Source: Phoronis australis (taxonomy: Eukaryota > Animalia > Phoronida). Taken from it: 64,000 nucleotides of DNA. Where the stretch lies: the NCBI GenBank assembly GCA_002633005.1, contig NMRA01000770.1, positions 1 through 64,000 on the forward strand, given 5' to 3'. The position numbers and the translations under genes are program-made. Below, one piece after another: positions 59,401-64,000 of the stretch. Every line of letters begins with the position of its first letter. The first letter of the stretch is position 1. A model generated the notes under the pieces. It searched no databases, was not told where the DNA came from, and saw only the letters and a program-made list of their open reading frames with translations.

Positions 59401-62400
59401 GATGAGCGATGTAATTCAGAAGAGGATTCTAGAGTCANGCTTGGGATGAAGGGACCCAGTCGGTGTGAGTGGGGGGGTGACTAGAGTCACTGAGTCAGGT
59501 AGGCTTGGGATGAAGGGACCCAGTCGGTGTGAGTGGGGGGGTGACTAGAGTCACTGAGTCAGGTAGGCTTGGGATGAAGGGACCCAGTCGGTGTGAGTGG
59601 GGGGGTGACTAGAGTCACTGAGTCAGGTAGGCTTGGGATGAAGGGAGCTAGTCAGTGTGAGTAGGAGGACTGTAAAGATTGTTGAACAGCCCCATTGCAA
59701 AGAATGACTTTATTTTCAGCGCACATATAAATTTGTGATCTTTGTTCTGCTTTTGTGATCCAAAAATCATTATTTATCAGAAAAAAGAAACGGATCGGAA
59801 TCAAATTAGTGAACGATTCTCGTTTTCTGTTATACTGTTGTCAGAATGGAGCTCATAGTTTTTTTTAATTTTGAACTTTTTTATTTTATCTTACGTTGAT
59901 GTTCGCCATTTTTGAACCAATGACGTAGCACACAGTAGAACTTAAAAGATGGCCTGGTTTGGAGCTTTAATTGACGAAATGCATTTTAATGGGTAACGAC
60001 CTGCAGTAACCGACAGCACTCGTTACTCGTTGTATTTCCGGCATCCAAACTTACGAAAATAAACATGATTTTACATGTACTCCAAAATAAAATGACTGTT
60101 CCTTATGTAATTGCTCTGCGCATGCCAATAGAAAGTGTGTGTTTACAAATTAAACAACTATGAGTGATGCGGTAATAGCAAACCTATCATAAGAACCCGG
60201 GACGTTAAACGTATAACATTATTTGTGACCGTTTCAGCTTACTCCAGTGTCAGAGCATGTAACCAAATTAAATCATTATTCTCTTGTAGCTTGAGGAGGA
60301 CCCACATGACAAGTTTGCGTTTGTTGCTATCGGCGACTTCTTGTATGGGAACACGAAAGATGAGGTACTGGCTGAAAAATTTATATTTTCCAGCTGCATT
60401 TAATCGAGTTTAGTTTCTAGGTATAGAATCTGATCTATTTTGTATGTTTTTCTGTAAAATATGGGTTTTGAAAATGCAGTTATAGTTTGAAAAGTCAAAA
60501 GACCTCGTGCAGTTATTTTGTGCATTGGTTTGTTGCTATGGTGAATGTCTTGGGACTTGGTTTATACTACAGCAAAACTGAAAATTTTTATTTTTTCTTA
60601 GACTATACATAAATGAAAGCAAATGCAGTCGGTATGTTTGGCTTCAGGGTGGATCTTTACCTATTGCTAGTGTTTGTTTGTTTGTTTGTTTCTGTGAAAC
60701 AGGCTCAGTGTGCGATGTGCAGTAGGAAGTGAGAGAGTCAGATTCTCACTTATAGTTCTGCAGTGCTGTTGCTATACTTTCTCCACTCCACTCTTCGAAT
60801 AAGTCACATTTTGTCTGCTTGTATCCAACTTATTCGAGTGTTTGTTTATCGTATATACCTTTATCTACCTCCAGTTAGAGGAGAGGGTGAACCAGGTGGA
60901 CAACTTCAAGAAGTTGAAGAAAGAGCCCATGTCATTTTGGACGAGCCTGCTGCAGACCTACTTTGTGGGCACCAAGTGTGTGGCTGTGTTAGCTGAGCCC
61001 AGCACTGGACTGATGGAGGAGTTGGCGGCGGTGGAGAAGGAGCGGGTGAAGGGGCAGCAGGAGCATTTGGGGGAGGCGGGNNNNNNNNNNNNNNNNNNNN
61101 NNNNNNNNNNNNNNNNNNNNNNNNNNNNNNNNNNNNNNNNNNNNNNNNNNNNNNNNNNNNNNNNNNNNNNNNNNNNNNNNNNNNNNNNNNNNNNNNNNNN
61201 NNNNNNNNNNNNNNNNNNNNNNNNNNNNNNNNNNNNNNNNNNNNNNNNNNNNNNNNNNNNNNNNNNNNNNNNNNNNNNNNNNNNNNNNNNNNNNNNNNNN
61301 NNNNNNNNNNNNNNNNNNNNNNNNNNNNNNNNNNNNNNNNNNNNNNNNNNNNNNNNNNNNNNNNNNNNNNNNNNNNNNNNNNNNNNNNNNNNNNNNNNNN
61401 NNNNNNNNNNNNNNNNNNNNNNNNNNNNNNNNNNNNNNNNNNNNNNNNNNNNNNNNNNNNNNNNNNNNNNNNNNNNNNNNNNNNNNNNNNNNNNNNNNNN
61501 NNNNNNNNNNNNNNNNNNNNNNNNNNNNNNNNNNNNNNNNNNNNNNNNNNNNNNNNNNNNNNNNNNNNNNNNNNNNNNNNNNNNNNNNNNNNNNNNNNNN
61601 NNNNNNNNNNNNNNNNNNNNNNNNNNNNNNNNNNNNNNNNNNNNNNNNNNNNNNNNNNNNNNNNNNNNNNNNNNNNNNNNNNNNNNNNNNNNNNNNNNNN
61701 NNNNNNNNNNNNNNNNNNNNNNNNNNNNNNNNNNNNNNNNNNNNNNNNNNNNNNNNNNNNNNNNNNNNNNNNNNNNNNNNNNNNNNNNNNNNNNNNNNNN
61801 NNNNNNNNNNNNNNNNNNNNNNNNNNNNNNNNNNNNNNNNNNNNNNNNNNNNNNNNNNNNNNNNNNNGTAAATGGATGAGGCGAGTGCGTGTGGGTGAGG
61901 TGGGTGGATGAGTGGATGGGTGTACGGGCTGCTTCTGTACATCAGCTTTGAACGGCAGTTGAAGTTACAGAAGGTGAAGGAAAGATGGACACATGGGTGG
62001 TGGCAATGAGAGGTGAGTCTGAGGTGGAGATGGAGAAGGTACAGGCCATGCAGCTGAATGAGATGATGATGTGTTGAAGTGGGTGTGTGAGTGAGGTGGG
62101 GTGGCTGGGTGATGCGGGTTTGAAGCTGAAATGAGGTTGATACAGTCACTGAGGCAGGGGGAGGTTGAAGTATGAGGGTGGTGAGGTAGACTTGTAGTTG
62201 ACCTGATTTGGAATTGAGATGAACTTGTGTTTTCATTGGTGTAGGTAACTAAGTTTTTGAGTAAGGTAGATAGTTTGATAAATTTTTGTCACGAAAATTC
62301 AACTTTAAACAAATCCACGTTGTCATTGGTTTTCTCAAGGTTAATTAGATTTCCTGTATGGTTCATAGGTGGAGCCACCTGAGGAGATGATCACCAGTGT

Positions 62401-62546
62401 GAGTGTACCCAATGTGGAATGTATCAAATTCCATCCAATCACAACTGCCAACAGCAGGACCGCACCAGGTGCCATCAAGCAGTTCCCATTGGGTAATANT
62501 GCCAGTGCACTTCCAGCTGGACCATGTGAATTCTAATTTTGTCATG
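41316..62546 (+). CDS. M16-family zinc metallopeptidase, C05D11.1-like, 3'-incomplete; exons 41316..41457, 42702..42784, 45078..45236, 46458..46667, 47543..47665, 49305..49445, 49932..50042, 50987..51078, 51827..51929, 53102..53176, 53672..>53887, 62369..62546
   Basis: Continuous frame across GT-AG exons; inverted zinc motif GLPHTLEHLVFMGS, TNAWTDTDHTCY, GVVYCEMQG, ETGG, YHKTFYRPEN. Confidence 0.9.
41586..42132. mobile_element. ~545-bp foldback MITE in M16 intron 1
   Basis: TIR tggagctcctataggagcttca.../...tgaagctcctataggagctcca; complementarity continues inward for more than 200 bp per arm. Confidence 0.8.
42702..42784 (+). CDS. M16 exon 2 with HXXEH (ATEAHDDDGLPHTLEHLVFMGSEKYPFK)
   Basis: 83 nt, AG/GTATGC. 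Confidence 0.93.
45078..45236 (+). CDS. M16 exon 3 (GVLDLLANRCLASGTNAWT...PTLT)
   Basis: 159 nt, AG/GTAAGT. Confidence 0.92.
45485..45560 (-). mobile_element. tRNA-derived SINE head (A box TAGCTCAGTGG, B box GGTTCGATTCC)
   Basis: Reverse strand ctcagtagctcagtggtgagagcactagacctgcaatctagagacctgtggttcgattccaagttgggg; wobble-rich acceptor stem; inverted sister copy at 45636-45712. Confidence 0.6.
46458..46667 (+). CDS. M16 exon 4 (DSAFITEVHH...TTNEK)
   Basis: 210 nt, AG/GTTAGT. Confidence 0.92.
46668..46890 (+). repeat. 34-bp minisatellite starting at the M16 exon 4 donor (~6.5 copies)
   Basis: Unit gtgagtatggggtgtcatggtgagggaggtctat; first unit is the GTTAGT donor. Confidence 0.9.
47040..47493 (+). 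mobile_element. Degenerate Helentron/HINE-like repeat
   Basis: tgccctctggtggcaatt and ttttcatgaaagttg match 63915-63990; end gggcgca...ttgctcttgtt is shared with 54184-54217. Confidence 0.45.
47543..47665 (+). CDS. M16 exon 5 (VRSYHKTFYRPENLCLVITG...)
   Basis: 123 nt, AG/GTAACA. Confidence 0.9.
47951..48312. repeat. 45-bp minisatellite x8
   Basis: Unit agccaacctgtagagcctgatatcaagcaataacaaactgtggct. Confidence 0.92.
49305..49445 (+). CDS. M16 exon 6 (GKLPDHVRPWQ...WRGPKAN)
   Basis: 141 nt, AG/GTACGT. Confidence 0.9.
49932..50042 (+). CDS. M16 exon 7 (EQLRFSAV...DPYCSK)
   Basis: 111 nt; donor GTAGCCTT. Confidence 0.88.
50987..51078 (+). CDS. M16 exon 8 (VRYSIIENSEG...KPR)
   Basis: 92 nt, phase 0 to 2. 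Confidence 0.85.
51827..51929 (+). CDS. M16 exon 9 (LMETLEGL...RILESLSQ)
   Basis: 103 nt, AG/GTAGGC. Confidence 0.87.
51911..52480 (+). repeat. 64-bp minisatellite x9 = last 19 nt of M16 exon 9 plus 45 nt of intron (second-copy array at 59439-59668)
   Basis: Unit actagagtcactgagtcag|gtaggcttgggatgaagggacccagtcggtgtgagtgggggggtg. Confidence 0.95.
53102..53176 (+). CDS. M16 exon 10 (LEEDPHDKFAFVAIGDFLYGNTKDE)
   Basis: 75 nt, AG/GTACTG. Confidence 0.87.
53672..53887 (+). CDS. M16 exon 11, truncated at an N join (LEERVNQ...GEAGLKE)
   Basis: Acceptor ttccAG; open frame to the n at 53888. Confidence 0.85.
54736..56208. mobile_element. Non-autonomous Tc1/mariner-pogo (Tc2-like CCGTAT termini) DNA transposon, ~1.47 kb, TA-flanked
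   Basis: TA|ccgtattcgccgtaataaccgccca ... tgggcggttaatacggcgaatacgg|TA; subterminal taagcgccc repeats; no transposase ORF. Confidence 0.8.
56445..56566. repeat. 34-bp tandem repeat (~3.5 copies)
   Basis: Unit catcaccataggcccatattatcataccttgggg. Confidence 0.85.
56596..57033. other. Assembly gap
   Basis: Run of N. Confidence 1.
57034..61080 (+). other. Second copy of M16 exons 6(end)-11 (57514..57624, 58512..58603, 59344..59437, 60290..60364, 60875..61080), probably the alternate haplotype
   Basis: Colinear with 49438-53877 including introns; small indels; bounded by N gaps; exonic differences all synonymous. Confidence 0.85.
61081..61867. other. Assembly gap
   Basis: Run of N. Confidence 1.
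62369..62546 (+). CDS. M16 exon 12 (VEPPEEMITSV...FQLDHVNSNFVM); n at 62499 behaves as a spurious extra base
   Basis: AG/GTGAGT; 177 nt in frame if the n is removed. Confidence 0.8.
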
Positions 62547-62843
62547 GTGAGTCTGCTATGTATTTCATAAGAACTTGAAGTTTGACCTATATTGCAAACA
62601 CACGCTCATTGACCTAATTAAAGAGAAGTCTCAGGATGTGTTCTTGGGATGTGTTGAGTAAGCCTTCCTTGTGAGATTGGTGAGATCATGCGAGTGAAAG
62701 GCTAGTGTTGTACTTGTAAACTCGGGACCTTACCAGTGAATACAAGCTGAATGGACGCCATTGGAGTGATTGGTCGGCGAGTTTGAAATGTTGGGAAAAT
62801 GTCCGTAATCTCACTGTTTCCAGTAGCCACAAATTACTATTAA

Positions 62844-63002
62844 TGAGTTACTAGTGCTGCTCTGGGCGTTACTTGAGTTACTAGTGTTGCTCTGGGCATT
62901 ACTTGAGTTACTAGTGTTGCTCTGGGCGTTAGTTGAGTTACTAGTGTTGCTCTTGGCGTTACTTGAGTTACTAGTGTTGCTCTGGGCATTACTTGAGTTA
63001 CT
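62844..63002. repeat. 30-bp minisatellite x5
   Basis: Unit gagttactagtgttgctctgggc(g/a)ttactt. Confidence 0.92.
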
Positions 63003-63713
63003 TCTTGTGAGAGACTGTTGAATCAAGATTAAAAAGTTGAAATTTAAAGTAAATTTTTTGCTGCAAACTACCATTTTGCCGCGTCTCTGTTTAGGGGTAG
63101 GATGTGCCTAGCATTATTTATGATATCGTTATTTGTAATATCATATTTGTAGCAATGTGTGTTCATTGCTTTCAAAAAATAACAAAATTAGGGTTTTGGG
63201 CTCAGTTGATGAACACATTAGGTGAGAGATGACGTCATTTGACAGAAGGGAAGCTTCACCTTCATTCTGTTCTCTTAAGAGAATGTGACGCTTGGCTCTA
63301 AGTATCACGTCTGTTAGAGGATTTTTCTTTTTTCCTTTATTCCTTCTAATAAACAAACTCAAAACTACATCTTGCCATTTTTCCTCACACTGTATTGTGG
63401 GTAAAACCAAAGATAACAATGACGGTAACAAAATTGTTACAACATGCGCCACCTATTGGACAAAGCTAATATTAACATACTAATAATCTAGTGTCTCTTG
63501 TGAACGGCGTCTACATAGAGACGAAATCCATGGTGATGTATATTTGAAGAAAACAAATTATAAGTACAGTTCATTTGAGTGTTGGTGGCTGGGGACACCA
63601 ACTTCTGGGGGGAACTCGTGAGGGGTGAAAAAGGGCCAATCCAAGCAGTGAACACTTGCAATATTGTTGGGGGATGCTCATACTGATAAGACTTGAATGA
63701 CAACTGTCGATGA

Positions 63714-64000
63714 TTTTTATGCGCCCATATATTTATATGTGGACGCATTATGCCGTCATCTCCGTCCGGGCGGCGTCCGTCCGGCGTCTGGCGTCCGGCG
63801 TCCGCTGCTTTATCTCCAAAACCCTTTGACATACGTTCATGAAATTTGGCACATATGTTCCATTCATGAATGGGACGGCATACGCGAACTTTCGGACAGA
63901 TCCGACTACCGGTGTGCCCCCTAGTGGCAATTTTAGTTTTTTAAGCTTACCTTTGTATCTTCAAAAGTCCTGAACGGATTTTCATGAAATTTGGTATGTA
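63714..64000 (+). mobile_element. Helentron/HINE (DINE-1-like) interspersed repeat, runs off the window
   Basis: T-run start, subterminal hairpin gcgcccatat...atatgtggacgc, (CGTC)n-like microsatellite, repeated core ttcatgaaatttgg. Family assignment is by architecture only. Confidence 0.55.

Noticed and set aside
60842-62236. Long ORFs of 345 and 415 aa (and 56542-57075)
   Set aside because: Artefacts of translating through N gaps and low-complexity G/T-rich sequence.
62499-62499. Frameshift suggesting an M16 pseudogene
   Set aside because: It coincides with an n; removing it restores the frame to a canonical donor.

Overview
Eukaryotic (animal, probably marine-invertebrate-like; species not identifiable from sequence alone) draft-assembly DNA with N gaps. 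Genes rebuilt by hand from splice sites and reading frames: (1) a type-I membrane LRR/mucin-stalk protein encoded by a single coding exon (minus, 527-1750); (2) two tandem minus-strand paralogues of a 7-TM active rhomboid protease (RHBDL1/2/3-like). Copy A (8407-25864, 9 coding exons, ~380 aa) has an EF-hand exon; copy B (33023-40703, 8 coding exons, ~328 aa) lacks it; (3) head-to-head with B, a plus-strand M16 (HXXEH) metallopeptidase, C05D11.1-like (41316 to beyond 62546). Its exons 6(end)-11 occur twice with only synonymous differences, most likely an uncollapsed haplotype. Introns carry MITEs/foldbacks, a Tc2/pogo-like TIR element, tRNA-derived SINE heads, Helentron-like repeats and minisatellites. 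The most striking pattern is at least five unrelated minisatellites (23-81 bp units) anchored exactly on 5' splice donors. They reiterate the exon end and/or the GT donor into the intron, creating arrays of competing donors. Also seen: a GC-AG intron in paralogue A only, a U12-like intron, and a non-coding block conserved downstream of both rhomboids.
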